This document shows, one piece after another, positions 22,603-36,203 of a stretch of DNA of 64,000 nt. This stretch comes from Macrostomum lignano (taxonomy: Eukaryota): contig NIVC01001563.1 in the NCBI GenBank assembly GCA_002269645.1, forward strand, positions 172,412 through 236,411, read 5' to 3'. Numbering within the stretch: the first letter of the stretch is position 1; each line of letters begins with the position of its first letter. The notes beneath the pieces were generated by a model. It had not been told where the DNA came from. It was given only the letters and a program-made list of their open reading frames with translations, and ran no database searches. The position numbers were made by a program, and so were the translations under genes.

Positions 22603-25600
22603 TTGCCGCTCGATTCTCATTTAAAACACGAGTTATATAGCTACTGTATTTTCTGTGATTAAAATTAACCCAGAGATAATCAAAAATTTTTTTACTTTTC
22701 ACAAACTTGATGTCGCGAACAATTTTTATCTGCGTAATTTAATAAATACATTGAAAAATGTAAGAGTATTATTCAATTTTTTCGGCGGATTTATGATTGG
22801 AATCTAAAGTCATTTCAAAATTATTCAATGCCCTCATGCTATTACATGTATTAGCCAGTGACTCTTGAAATTTAAACGCGAATCAATAGTCTTTTTGTCT
22901 GCAGCCAAGTTGATAAACCAATCAAACAAGTTGAGAATTGCCATTTGGCAGCATTAGATTTGGTCTTGCCCATAGACATGGAATAAAGGCAGCAAGGTGA
23001 TAATTCGGCCATAGACAATCAGCACAAAAAAGGATGCCAGCAGTAATATACATGTAGAAATCATTCCTAAACATCATCGACTTCAATTCTATGCAGTAAA
23101 GATCTGAATTCTTGGCTTTGTCCCCCCACCAAAAAATCCATGGCGACGCCCCTGTCTCAGAAAGCAAAGTTTTTAGGGGGTGACTATGAGGGCCGGAGCT
23201 CTCATCCTTATAATGTACCGCCAGAATTGTCTAAACATGCACTTTACGCTAATTAAAATGAATTAGAGCTCTCTCTGCATGGTTTTAAAAACTGATGGCT
23301 CAGTTTGTAATACCGAAAGCCCGGGAGAAATACTGGGTCGCTAAATGCTCACTGCTTTCTTTCCGAGCGAGCTTTTCTGGTTTAGAATCCTCGCCGGACT
23401 ACCGGTATTCTACCGGACGCGGTGTTCAAAGGCGGCTGCACCTTTTAACCTTTCAATTCTCCGTAGCCAAATGATACTTTACCAGGCTTTATCTAAGAAG
23501 CGGTTAAATTCCCGGCTTCGCTTGGGACCTGTGCAACCTCTTCTGAGCCTGCATTACGCTCGGCTCGCCTGGACTGCAGCTAAGATTGTATTTATAAGAT
23601 CGTAGTGTATTTAATGCATTCGTAATACAATTTCTTAGATTTTTGCAATAATTATGCTTTGATATTTTATAACTTGATTTTTTAATGTCTTAGGGAACGA
23701 TCGACAGCTTGAAACAAAAAGTAAATTCTCCATTAATATTTCATCTGCTTAAAACATACATTATAACACGCGGATGTAAAATGTAAAATGTAAAATTTTT
23801 GCGTTTTGAAGTGGCGTGCTAGTTTGATTTTGGCGATAGGACAATACGTGCTTGGGCTAAATTGCCTAAATGAAATTAAGGTCTTGCGCCCCTTGGAACT
23901 GCCCTTTGGGTCACCGGTAAAATGTACGTAGATTTTAACAAAATGTTTAAACGTAATACTGTTGAATTAATATTTGCTTTTTTTCCTTCAAAAATATAGA
24001 AATAAAAGTTTAGCGACTTTTACTTAAGAAATTAATAGATTTTGCAAACGTTGAAGACATCCTTTTTTCAAATGTCAACATATTGATAATTTTTGGAATT
24101 ATGGTTTCTCTTCAATGTTATGGAAGAAGAGACGAGATTTTTTAATGTTCAATCTCATCTAATAATAGGCCTTGGGCTAGTGGCAGTGCTAAACTCATAT
24201 AAAAAACAAGTTTTATGAGATAGGCATAGGCCTAAAAGAAATTTATTGATTCTCTTGACTAAAGAGGCCTAATAATATCATACTTTAATTTTGTTAATTT
24301 AAAAATTAAGGAAATTCTTATCCCTAAGCTACAGTAGGCCTAACTGTAACTGATAAGACCTTTTCTAATAATATCTTCAATCAATTTTTTCTCATAGTGC
24401 AATAAAGTAAAATGACCATTCATTTAAAAGAAAAATGTTTTTTAGGTGGTTTCATTTCACTGTACATTTAAACCTTTTTTGCTATGCATGAGCCATGAAG
24501 GAATGTTGAAAAATTACACACATTGATGCTTGGTTAATGATACCTTACCATAAATATAATTTGTTGAGTTTGTTTTAACAATAATAGATCTATCCCAATA
24601 ATGCCCAAATTTACCTGTCTGGTTACTTGTAAATCAAAAACAAAGAATGACATCACATTAAATCTCATTGAATTTGAAAATGTCTATAAAATAGTAACTT
24701 TGACATAGGCCATAGTCCAGATCATGCTGGGTGCATGCCCAAACAAAAATGGACTAATTACAAATGCATGCCAAAAAAAATTTGGTACATGCCCATTCCC
24801 AAAATATGCCTGTGTTGTGATAATAAATGACCTTTTTACATTGTGACAATACAAAAAAATTTTTCAATTGCCTAATAGACCCTTATTAGCAGATAATTTC
24901 ATTTATTTTTATGCTTTTTGGTGATACTATCTATAGCAAAGTATTGATATATGCAAAGATTTGTTTAGATGTTTTTTGCAAGCTAAAAAACTAGAAAGCT
25001 TTTGATAAAATACCTTTTTTCATTTTTTCTACTTTACAATAACTCCTATGCATGATTCTAAGTATGCTAAGTATACACGCAAATTATTTTCTTAAAAGTA
25101 ATGCACACCAACTGTACATGCCTAATTTTGGCATGCAAGGCCAATGCACGCCCAAAATTTTGGGTGTATACTATATGATCCTGAGTGTGGGACATAGGCC
25201 CCAAATAAATATTATATTAATATCAATTATTTAAAAATGTAGCATTATCTACATTACTAGGCCTATTGTTATCAATAAAAAACAATCTATTATAAAGGTA
25301 AAAGGGTTAAGCCAGCTAGGATAAAATTTTTGTACAAAATCCTGGATACATCTTGTGTATATTAACAAAACTGGCACACTTGTATATACACCTATATGCA
25401 TATTTCAAGTTTTAAGAACTTGGGGAGTTGTTATTATTATATTAATGAATATATAAAAATCAAAATGGTTTATTTTATAGGCCTAGTTAATGCATTTATA
25501 TAAGCTACTATCTGGGCTTAGGGTCTTTATTTAATGTAACCATATGAATAGCAAAATTGTTATTTTTATAGTCACTGTATATAAAAAGCAAAATGGCCTT

Positions 25601-27295
25601 TCTTATGGTTATAGGGAAGAATTTCAGTTAAAATTTTTAGTTTATTGTATACCAGTAAGGTAATGTTACTTAAGTATTTTCCTTATCTTGACCTGGCCCT
25701 ATAGTTGTTTATTGTTTATAGTTTTTATAAAAATATATATTTTTATTTTTATCATCCTAATAATTGTCAAATAATAGCTAATAAACTACTTAAGCTTGAT
25801 TAGTTAATTTTTGTATTATCACTTAGCTCAAGATTGGTTTAAAAAAACATCAAGGCTTGTTAAAACGATTATATATATATATTCTATGTTTTTGAGTATT
25901 ATATTTGTTTCTTTACCATTTTTGTAACTTTATTTTTTATAATTGGTTGTTTTATTAGATTCCTTTACATAGATCTATCCAAATAAAACTATGAGGATAA
26001 ATCCTTATGCAAAAAATTGTTGGTAATAGCTATCTATCTATGTCTATTGCCATTGGTATATAGTTAATTTAATTTAATTAATTTTAACAAAAAAATAAAT
26101 AGTTTTAAGATATTTTTAGTAATAAATCATTAAAAAAACTAAATAGCTTATTTGGTTTACAATTTAAGCATATTTTATAACAAAATTCATTATCAATCTA
26201 TATAAAACCATTGGCTATCTTGCAAAATTGTTAGTTTAATTATTTTTTAACTTTAATACAAGTTCAAATTTAAAGGATTTTCTTATGCTATGGCATGATA
26301 AATTAAAGCTATCTATAGTTTTAACTTATGACCAACAATACATTAAATACTGACTTGGTATGACAATTTTTATATAACCAGCTTTTTAGGATTTCATATC
26401 CATCTATATAGAAATTTTATCTATGAGTATTATATAGACATCAAAAATAGACAAAGAAAATTATTATTTATAAATGCTAGCCAATAGCTATTGTATATTA
26501 TAGTTATCAACCCTTTTTTATAATAAAATTCATTTATGTTTTATACATTTAAAAAAAGCAACCTCTATAAATTGGTATAAGGGTGCTAAATCTTTATATC
26601 TTTATTTGGTAAATTATCTTGGTTTTTATTAAAAATGCAACTTAGTTTTATAATTTATCCAAAAACAAAGTAAAAAATATTTGACCATCATCAAATTTAG
26701 TAAAAAAAGTAAAGAATCATTATAGTGGATTTCAATTTTGTTTAATTATTGATATAAATATAAACAAAATATTTGTTGCTTCAAATGATAATTATTTCTA
26801 TATATGATACTTATGCCTCCTAAGATCTAAAACTTTTAACAATTGTGAACCATATACTATTTATTTTTAAAGATAACAATCTGTCATTTAAAAAAGATGC
26901 CAATGTCTACTCATTAATAAACTAGGCTGTGTTTATTTGAGAAGAAGAAATAGCTATAAAACATTAATGGATTTTGTCTGTAAACTTAGCTTGATATATT
27001 GATACAATAGAGCATTATAATTTGTATTTCTTGTTTTATATGTTAGCTTTTAAAAGTTGAAGCAATATTTATTCCTTCTGTAGTCCTAAAATTCTAGTAT
27101 GCTATATATGTTTAGACTGTGCTAGCAACCTGAAGGCCTATGGAGGTGCTGGCCCATTAAAAGTCAGTAAACAGTGAATTAACCATCTCAAGCATGTCTA
27201 TCGCTATCATACAACTGATGCCTACACTTGTCCATCAGTGCTAGCGATTATCAGCAGTTCGGCAGTAAGTAAAGCCACTCGCCCATCAATAAAAC

Positions 27296-30261
27296 ATGGA
27301 TCAGTCCCAGCAGCCCAAGCGCCGCTTCTGGAGCAACCAGCTGGATTATATTAAGCGAGAGGCCCTGCCGGCACTGATGAAACTGCCGAACGCTTGGCCA
27401 TTCAAGACCCCTGTTGACCCCGTGCGCCTGTGCATACCCGACTACCCAAACATAGTGCTGAAGCCGATGGATCTCAACACGGTGAAAAACCGACTCAACA
27501 GCGGCAAAGTGTACCAGAGCGGCCAGGAGTGCATTGACGATATCAATAATATCTTTTTAAATTGTTTCGTATTCAACAAGCCCGGCGAGGACGTTGTGTT
27601 CATGGCCGAAGAAGTCGAGGCCGTCTTCCGGGAGAAGATGCGCAATTACCCCACTGTGGAGAAGGAGATCGGCTCCGGCAAGCAGCCTGCCGCCGCGCCT
27701 CCCACAGCGCCTGCGGCTATTAAAAAGTCGCCTCAACCGCCCGTTGCGCCTGCGGCACCAGCGCTGGCTAAGAGGCGCGACGACAGCTCGTCGGCGACGA
27801 CGACGACTCCGGCAACAACCAAGGCCTTAGCGACGCCGCAACAGATGACGAAAAGTTCCACAGCTGCAGCGCCGACGCAACCAGCCAAGACGTCGGCAGC
27901 AAACGCGACGCCTGCGGTATCGGCGGCGACGAAAACTACGCCTGTGCCGAGCCAAGCGCAGCGGCGGGCAGTGAAGCGGCCGCCGGTGAAACGGGAGCCA
28001 GCGACGCCGTCGGCTGTAGTCGCCGACCAGCCGGCAGCGTCGGCGCCAGCAGCCGGCAAGTCGTCCGACAGTCTGAAAGCCTGCGCCAGCCTGCTGAAAG
28101 ACGTGACCTCGGCCAAGCACAAGTCCATCAACTGGCCTTTTCTAGAGCCCGTCGACGTGACGGCGTTAGGCCTGACCGACTACTACGATGTTATCAGCCA
28201 GCCGATGGACCTGAGCACCATCCGCAAGAAGCTGGAGGCCGGCCAGTACGCCGATCGGGACCAATTCGCGTCGGACTTCCGGCTCATGCTCAACAACTGT
28301 TTCCGGTACAATCCGCAGAATTCCGATGTCTATAAAGTCGGCAAAGAACTGTTGAAATACTTCAACGAACAGTTCGCACGTCTGTGCGCCGCTGCCCAGC
28401 CAGCCCGCGGTGATGCCACCGTCAACAGCGGCAGCGGTCGATCGGCGGCCGCGGCGCCTGCGCCAGCCGTTACCGCCAACAGTCACGGCGCTTCGTCGGC
28501 CGCAGGCGGCCGTGGCGGTGGCGCGACAAGCGACGCAGCCGGGGCAGCGGCGTCAACAGCGGCGTCAACAGCGGCTCAGCCAGCCGATGTTGCTCGAGTT
28601 CGCGAGCTATCGATTCGAATCGAGGAGCTGTACTCTCAGGTGGGCTTTCTATTGCAATTTGCATGCTTAATATTCAAGGCTAAAGTACATTGTTAAAGTG
28701 CATGCAATCTGCATGCTAATCTAACTATTATTACAGATGACATCCTGCGTGGAAGAAATCAGGGCCCTGTTGGCCTCTCGTCAGCTGCCGAGCGCCACGC
28801 CCGCCGCAACCCCTGGTCCGTCTGGCCGAAAGCAGTCGCAGCAGCAGCAGTCCCAGTCGCAGCGACGAACCACCGCAGGTGCCAGCCGAGCGTCAAAGAC
28901 GCCCGCGACGTCGACTCCAGCTCTGCCGGCAGCCGCAGCAACCGCCACCGTCTCGGACCGACGCGCCGCCGCTCAGGCAGCTCCGCAACAGGCGGCGTCA
29001 GCGGCGCCTGCAGCGACGCCAGCTGGAAGAAAAGCGGCGGCAACGCCGGCCTCTGGCAAGCGGGGTGCCGGCGCCGCCGCTGCCGGCTCCCTGGGCAAGG
29101 GCGGCGCAACGTCGGCACGCCGCGGCCGCAAGCAGCAGTCGGCACCAGCGCAGGCAGCCGCCGCCGGCTGGGCCTCGGACGAAGACGTCGGCTCTGCCAA
29201 GCCGATGACCTACGAAGAGAAGCGACAGCTGTCTCTGGACATTAACAACCTGCCCGGGGACCGGCTGGGTCGGGTTGTTCAAATCATCCAGATGCGCGAG
29301 CCCACCCTGCGCGACTCGAATCCGGACGAGATTGAAATCGACTTCGAGACTCTGCAGCACGCCACCCTGCGCGAGCTGGAGAAATACGTCCGCTCCGTGC
29401 TGCACTCCAAGCCGGCACCGGCGCCCGTCCCGGCGGCGTCCTCGGCGAAGCCGGCGGCGGCTGCCACGACCGCGGCAAAACGACGAGCTCCGGCCGCTGC
29501 GCACGGTGCCGGAGCGGAGAAGCGAGCTAGAAAAGGTCAGCGTGCTTGAAAATTAAGGGCAATGCACGGGTGGCCTCCCTGTGTGTTTTGTAGCATCTTT
29601 AGCGTAGTTAAGCACTTTAGGGTGGAGCCACAGATACTAGAATAACCAGATGGGCCGCTCAGCACATTTGCGTGTAAGCTACTTTCAGTTCAGTAGCAAG
29701 TTAAACTGAAGCATTTTAATGTATTTTAAAGCCAGGCCTCATTTATTGGCTCTTACCACCCCCCCCCCCCCCAGCTTAAACCCTCTAGCCGCACCTTTCC
29801 ACACTACCCCCCTTCCTGCCCCGCCCCAATTTTTATTGCCTTTCTCGGAATTCCAGCCTAAAGCTGCCATGTACATTTCAGTGGACTGGCTTTATTTTTA
29901 TACAATAGCTTATGTATTCTTCTTTGCTACTGAACTGAAAGTAGATAGCTGTGTTACTAAGTGATTATGCCTGAGTGGCCCATCTAGCCATTTTAGTATC
30001 TGTGGGGTGAAGTGATTAACACGCTAAGGACGGGAGAAGTCTTTCTTTCTTCAACGACTCATTTAGGAGAAAATTGCCAGTTTTTTCAGCAGAATAATAT
30101 ACAACACTAGCGGTTTCACCCCTCCCTCCGCCGACTCTGCAGGCGCCGCGCCACCGCCGCCGCCAGCCGCAGGCAGCGACTCCAGCAGCTCAGGTAGCGA
30201 CGACAGCTCGTCGGACTCGTCAGATTCGGATTCGTCCGACTCAGACTCGGACTCGGCGTGA
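27296..30261 (+). CDS. BRD2/3/4: BET-family bromodomain protein (two bromodomains, ET domain, acidic Ser-rich tail), about 753 aa
   Basis: Exons 27296-28639, 28737-29535, 30143-30261 (phases 0 and 1 match). BD1 WPFKTPVD...PDY...FNKPGEDVV; BD2 WPFLEPVD...DYY...RYNPQNSDV; [20 protein letters not shown]...EIEIDFETL; SDSD tail. The last acceptor is the least certain. Confidence 0.92.
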
Positions 30262-30879
30262 GCTGTGAGCTAATTAACTGTGTTAGCCCGGCCTGATTCT
30301 CTGTATATGCGACTCTAAAATGCTTATATTATCGCTAATCAGTAGTATATATAGAACAAAAACATACTCCAATTTTTCGCGTCCTTTATTAGACACTCAA
30401 AAGCCTCCCTCCCTTGACAGTTGGACTTGGCACTTGGTAGGGAAATTTCTATTGAGAGCCAGGTACAAAATATTCAATTTCGTGCTTTGAACTTGCGCAA
30501 TGAAAAATATCTGCCATGGTCTCTTCTCGCCCTTGTGTTTTGTTAGCCTTTTTTCTATCTCCTTTTTTACCTATCCATCTTCTATTCGTGTTCTTATATT
30601 GATTAATTATGGTCGCAATAAGCAACTCATCCTTGCGCTGCTATTTTTATCTGATATAGGCCTCGATTCTATGGCATTAAACTGTACATATGTATTGTTT
30701 TGTTTGCTTTATAATGCTTGTTATTACAATTATGTAGCATATTATAATATACATACGTGTATGCGTGCAGTGTGAGGCAGCGCTGCTTATGATTTCTCCT
30801 TTCTTTGTGTAATTTTTCGTTAAATTTATGATGCGAGTCAAGTCCCTCATCAAATTAACACGATTCTGCGTTATAAATA

Positions 30880-31672
30880 CAATCCAACAAGCTTAGATAA
30901 TCCCTATCAGAGTGCTCAACAACTCCAATCCAACAAGCTTAGATAATCCCTATCAGAGTGCTCAACAACTCCAATCCCACAAGCTTAGATAATCCCTATC
31001 AGAGTGCTCAACAACTCCAATCCAACAAGCTTAGATAATCCCTATCAGAGTGCTCAACAACTCCAATCCCACAAGCTTAGATAATCCCTATCAGAGTGCT
31101 CAACAACTCCAATCCCCCAAGCTTAGATAATCCCTATCAGAGTGCTCAACAACTCCAATCCCACAAGCTTAGATAATCCCTATCAGAGTGCTCAACAACT
31201 CCAATCCCCCAAGCTTAGATAATCCCTATCAGAGTGCTCAACAACTCCAATCCCCCAAGCTTAGATAATCCCTATCAGAGTGCTCAAGAACTCAAATCAC
31301 CAAGCTTAGATAATCCCTATCGGAGTGCTCAAGAACTCAAATCCCCAAGCTTAGATAATCCCTATCAGAGTGCTCAACAACTCCAATCCCCCAAGCTTAG
31401 ATAATCCTCATCAGAGTGCTCAACAGCTCAAATCCCACAAGCTTAGATAATCTCCATCAGAGTGCTCAAGAACTCAAATCCCCAAGCTTAGATAATCCCT
31501 ATCGGAGTGCTCAACAACTCCAATCCAACAAGCTTAGATAATCCCTATCAGAGTGCTCAAGAACTCAAATCCCCAAGCTTAGATAATCCCTATCGGAGTG
31601 CTCAACAACTCAAATCCCACAAGCTTAGATAATCCCCATCGGAGTGCTCAAGAACTCAAATCCCCAAGCTTA
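30880..31672. repeat. 46-bp minisatellite, about 17 copies
   Basis: Unit aagcttagataatccctatcagagtgctcaacaactccaatccaac; period 46 (30891, 30937). Confidence 0.95.
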
Positions 31673-33004
31673 TAGATCCTTTTGCTGCCCAAACCACAGC
31701 CAGTCATCTGTTAATTGTATTAATCGTTATAGCTTATCGTTGAACACAGGCATTTTAGCGCAATATGTTGCAGCGAGTTACGGTTGATGTTATTATTCGA
31801 ATCATATACATGTAATTATTCTGTTATTGCTTTTGTTTGACGCGTCTTGGACCCCCAGATTAACATCTGGCTCGGGCTCAGTGTGCCTGGCTGCCAGACG
31901 CTCCATTTCTATGTGGATTTTTATGTATAATATTTATCCGTTATTAATATGGCGGCTTAGCATATCATTATTAATATTGAGGCGGCCGCAGATGAAGCCG
32001 CCTCTGCCGATCAGTTTCTGGTCATTACAGCTTTTCAATTTCATACAAAAAACTCTGTTAGACATTGCCCTGTCATCTTTTATATTCTCTATGCCACACA
32101 CTCTCATGTGACTACTCACTATGCAGCTGTTCGAGTAGTCAGTATAGCTTTTTTTAAAATTAATTGCGATTGCAGCAACCAATTATTGTGTGTCATGTCC
32201 CTCTCTTCATTATTTTATAGCTTGTGCAGCCGCCGGGCCCTTCGTTACCCAGTGCACTTTTTAGCTGATGCCAGTCTTGTATGGGGGTGTCGTTCTGTAC
32301 ATAGTTTTGTCTCTTAAATTCTATATATATTAAACTATAAATAGTGACACGTTACCGCATAATTTAATTTAATTGTTATCTTAGCAGCGCACAGGGGCGC
32401 AGCAAATTAGTTTGTCTTATTAAAGTTCATCTTCAGCTCGATGTTTTATTATTTAACAGATAATGATGGATACTGCAGTTTATGCCAACTTGAGACATTA
32501 TAGACTCCAGATTGCTTGATGATGTAGTTGAGGCCCAGAGACTGTTCATAGGGTCAGCAACTGTCTTTGTTGTGGTCGTGACTTAGCACTAAATTGGTCA
32601 TATTTAGCGAGTAATATCTTCACTAAGTAATTTGGGAACTCTACAGTGCTCATTGATATGCATTTTCACGTACATGCAGTTGAGGAATTAAAGTGCAATA
32701 CTGTTCATTTTTATATGCCTCTATACGCTCGTACTGGCTTTTTATTGAAGCAGCAGTATGCTCTATATAACTAATTGATAATCAAAAGTCTCAGCTTCAA
32801 CTCCCTGGAGAATACTGTACTGCTGCTTTGTAAGTCATGCGAGCATTAACGCCTTGATGCTGGCATGAGGCTGAGAGAAAACGGGCCGATTCAGTAAGCC
32901 AGGTACAGAGAGGCAGGCCAGGTGCATGATCGATCAGGAGAATTTTAAAGGACGGTATAGAATTAAAAACAAGGGAAGGACGCGCACGGACACCGGCAAC
33001 TAAA

Positions 33005-34222
33005 GATGGTTTCATGTCCGACAAACTTAGCAATGGTCTTCATATCACCGACACTTCATCTCTCCGATTCTTCATATCACCGACACTTCATCTCTCCGAT
33101 TCTTCATATCACCGACACTTCATCTCTCCGATTCTTCATATCACCGACACTTCATCTCTCCGATTCTTCATATCACCGACACTTCATCTCTCCGATTCTT
33201 CATATCACCGACACTTCATCTCCGATTCTTCATATCACCGACACTTCATCTCTCCGATTCTTCATATCACCGACACTTCATCTCTCCGATTCTTCATATC
33301 ACCGACACTTCATCTCTCCGATTCTTCATATCACCGACACTTCATCTCTCCGATTCTTCATATCACCGACACTTCATCTCTCCGATTCTTCATATCACCG
33401 ACACTTCATCTCTCCGATTCTTCATATCACCGACACTTCATCTCCGATTCTTCATATCACCGACACTTCATCTCTCCGATTCTTCATATCACCGACACTT
33501 CATCTCTCCGATTCTTCATATCACCGACACTTCATCTCTCCGATTCTTCATATCACCGACACTTCATCTCTCCGATTCTTCATATCACCGACACTTCATC
33601 TCTCCGATTCTTCATATCACCGACACTTCATCTCTCCGATTCTTCATATCACCGACACTTCATCTCCGATTCTTCATATCACCGACACTTCATCTCTCCG
33701 ATTCTTCATATCACCGACACTTCATCTCTCCGATTCTTCATATCACCGACACTTCATCTCTCCGATTCTTCATATCACCGACACTTCATCTCTCCGATTC
33801 TTCATATCACCGACACTTCATCTCTCCGATTCTTCATATCACCGACACTTCATCTCTCCGATTCTTCATATCACCGACACTTCATCTCTCCGATTCTTCA
33901 TATCACCGACACTTCATCTCCGATTCTTCATATCACCGACACTTCATCTCTCCGATTCTTCATATCACCGATTCTTCATCTCTCCAATTCTTCATATCAC
34001 TGACACTTCATATCTCCGGCCGATTCTTCATATCTCCAGCCGATTCTTCATATCTCCTGCACTTCATATCTCCGAAAATTCATATCTCGGAAAATTCATA
34101 TCTCCGACTCTTCATATCTCGACTCTGACTCTTCATATCCAAAAATTCATATCTCCAGAAAATATGAATTGTTGGAAATATGAAGTGTCGGTGATATGAA
34201 GTGTCGGAAATATGAAAGCACC
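33005..34222. repeat. 32-bp minisatellite (dimer of 16-bp subunits) ending in inverted subunits; foldback/MITE-like
   Basis: Unit cttcatatcaccgaca+cttcatctctccgatt over 33037-34000, degenerate to about 34160, then reverse-complement copies tgaagtgtcggtgatatgaagtgtcggaaatatgaaagcaccc at 34180-34222. Confidence 0.85.
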
Positions 34223-34844
34223 CTAACTAAGCACCCCTACATGTATGCAATATGCACTTGTTTAGTATTTAGCTTTGTTTAACAGTGGCCGAATCTGTGA
34301 AAGCTGGTTGGATACAATCTCCAGAGTCTAATCTCAGAGCTTCATGCCTGAATTCAGCTTCATTGCCTGTACGAGCCTGTAGCGGAATTACTGTAGCTTT
34401 CAATCTAGACGAGTAACGTTTTTCGATTTCGAGAAATCCGAACTGTCACTGCTGAGGGATTACTGCTCACTCGGCGTTGCTGGGGCCACACAGCAGTTCA
34501 AATGCGGGTACGCCATAACGCAAGCAGAAGATGGACGAGAAGAGAGGCGTTCTTATCGATCCTCTCAGCCAAGCAAACTACAAGCGAACTTCCCCTGTCG
34601 ATGTGCACGGGATGCTCGCGCCTCTCCTATCCAGGGATCAAGGGAGACGTGGAAGTGACACTCCCGCAAAAATTACCCCCCCCCCGAAGCGGAGCAGCCC
34701 AGGTCAATTCATAAAAACGCAGCTTGGGGAGATATTGGCGGAGACAGAACACAACAGCAGCCAATTCTGTCAGCTTGATGCCTTATCTTAACTGAAACCA
34801 GCCCATCTTCCACAATTGACATGAATTCGATGAAAAATGGAGTT

Positions 34845-36203
34845 GGCTGTGTACCTTCCCAGATCTTAATGCTGAGCCAGCCACCTTCCCAGATCCTCAT
34901 GCTGAGCCAGCCACCTTCCCAGATCTTAATACTGAGCCAGCCACCTTCCCAGATCTTCATGCTGAGCCAGCAACCTTCCCAGATCCTCATGCTGAGCCAG
35001 CCACCTTCCCAGATCTTAATGCTGAGCCAGCCACCTTCCCAGATCTTCATGCTGAGCCAGCAACCTTCCCAGATCCTCATGCTGAGCCAGCCACCTTCCC
35101 AGATCCTCATGTTGAGCCAGCCACCTTCCCAGATCCTCATGCTGAGCCAGCCACCTTCCCAGATCTTCATGCTGAGCCAGCCACCTTCCCAGATCCTCAT
35201 GCTGAGCCAGCCACCTTCCCAGATCTTCATGCTGAGCCAGCCACCTTCCCAGATCTTCATGCTGAGCCAGCCACCTTCCCAGATCCTCATGCTGAGCCAG
35301 CCACCTTCCCAGATCCTCATGCTGAGCCAGCCACCTTCCCAGATCCTCATGCTGAGCCAGCAACCTTCCCAGATCTTCATGCTGAGCCAGCCACCTTCCC
35401 AGATCCTCATGCTGAGCCAGCCACCTTCCCAGATCTTAATGCTGAGCCAGCCACCTTCCCAGATCCTCATGCTGAGCCAACCACCTTCCCAGATCCTCAT
35501 GCTGAGCCAGCCACCTTCCCAGATCCTCATGTTGAGCCAGCCACCTTCCCAGATCCTCATGCTGAGCCAGCCACCTTCCCAGATCCTCATATTGAGCCAG
35601 CCACCTTCCCAGATCCTCATGCTGAGCCAGCCACCTTCCCAGATCCTCATGCTGAGCCAGCAACCTTCCCAGATCCTCATGTTGAGCCAGCCACCTTCCC
35701 AGATCTTAATGCTGAGCCAGCCACCTTCCCAGATCCTCATGTTGAGCCAGCCACCTTCCCAGATCCTCATGCTGAGCCAGCCACCTTCCCAGATCCTCAT
35801 GCTGAGCCAGCCACCTTCCCAGATCCTCATGTTGAGCCAGCCACCTTCCCAAATCCTCATGCTGAGCCAGCCACCTTCCCAGATCCTCATGCTGAGCCAG
35901 CCACCTTCCCAGATCCTCATGCTGAGCCAGCCACCTTCCCAGATCCTCATGCTGAGCCAGCCACCTTCCCAGATCCTCATGCTGAGCCAGCCACCTTCCC
36001 AGATCTTCATGCTGAGCCAGCTACCTTCCCAGATCCTCATGCTGAGCCAGCCACCTTCCCAGATCCTCATGCTGAGCCAGCCACCTTCCCAGATCTTCAT
36101 GCTGAGCCAGTACCTTCCCAGATCCTCATGCTGAGCCAGCCACCTTCCCAGATCCTCATGCTGAGCCAGCCACCTTCCCAGATCTTCATGCTGAGCCAGC
36201 CAC
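34845..36203. repeat. 30-bp minisatellite, about 45 copies, interrupted by the Gypsy element and resuming at 41198-41275
   Basis: Unit ccagccaccttcccagatcctcatgctgag; in-register continuation after the far LTR. Confidence 0.97.

Noticed and set aside
30880-31672. CRISPR-like appearance of regularly spaced repeats here and in other arrays
   Set aside because: Units are head-to-tail with no unique spacers; no cas genes; eukaryotic context.
33006-34199. His/Ser-rich ORFs of 329-397 aa
   Set aside because: Frame-rotating translations of the 32-bp array.
34709-36134. 463-aa Trp-rich (MRIWEGGWLS)n and 437-aa (MLSQPPSQIL)n ORFs
   Set aside because: Translations of a 30-bp array that is interrupted by a retrotransposon.
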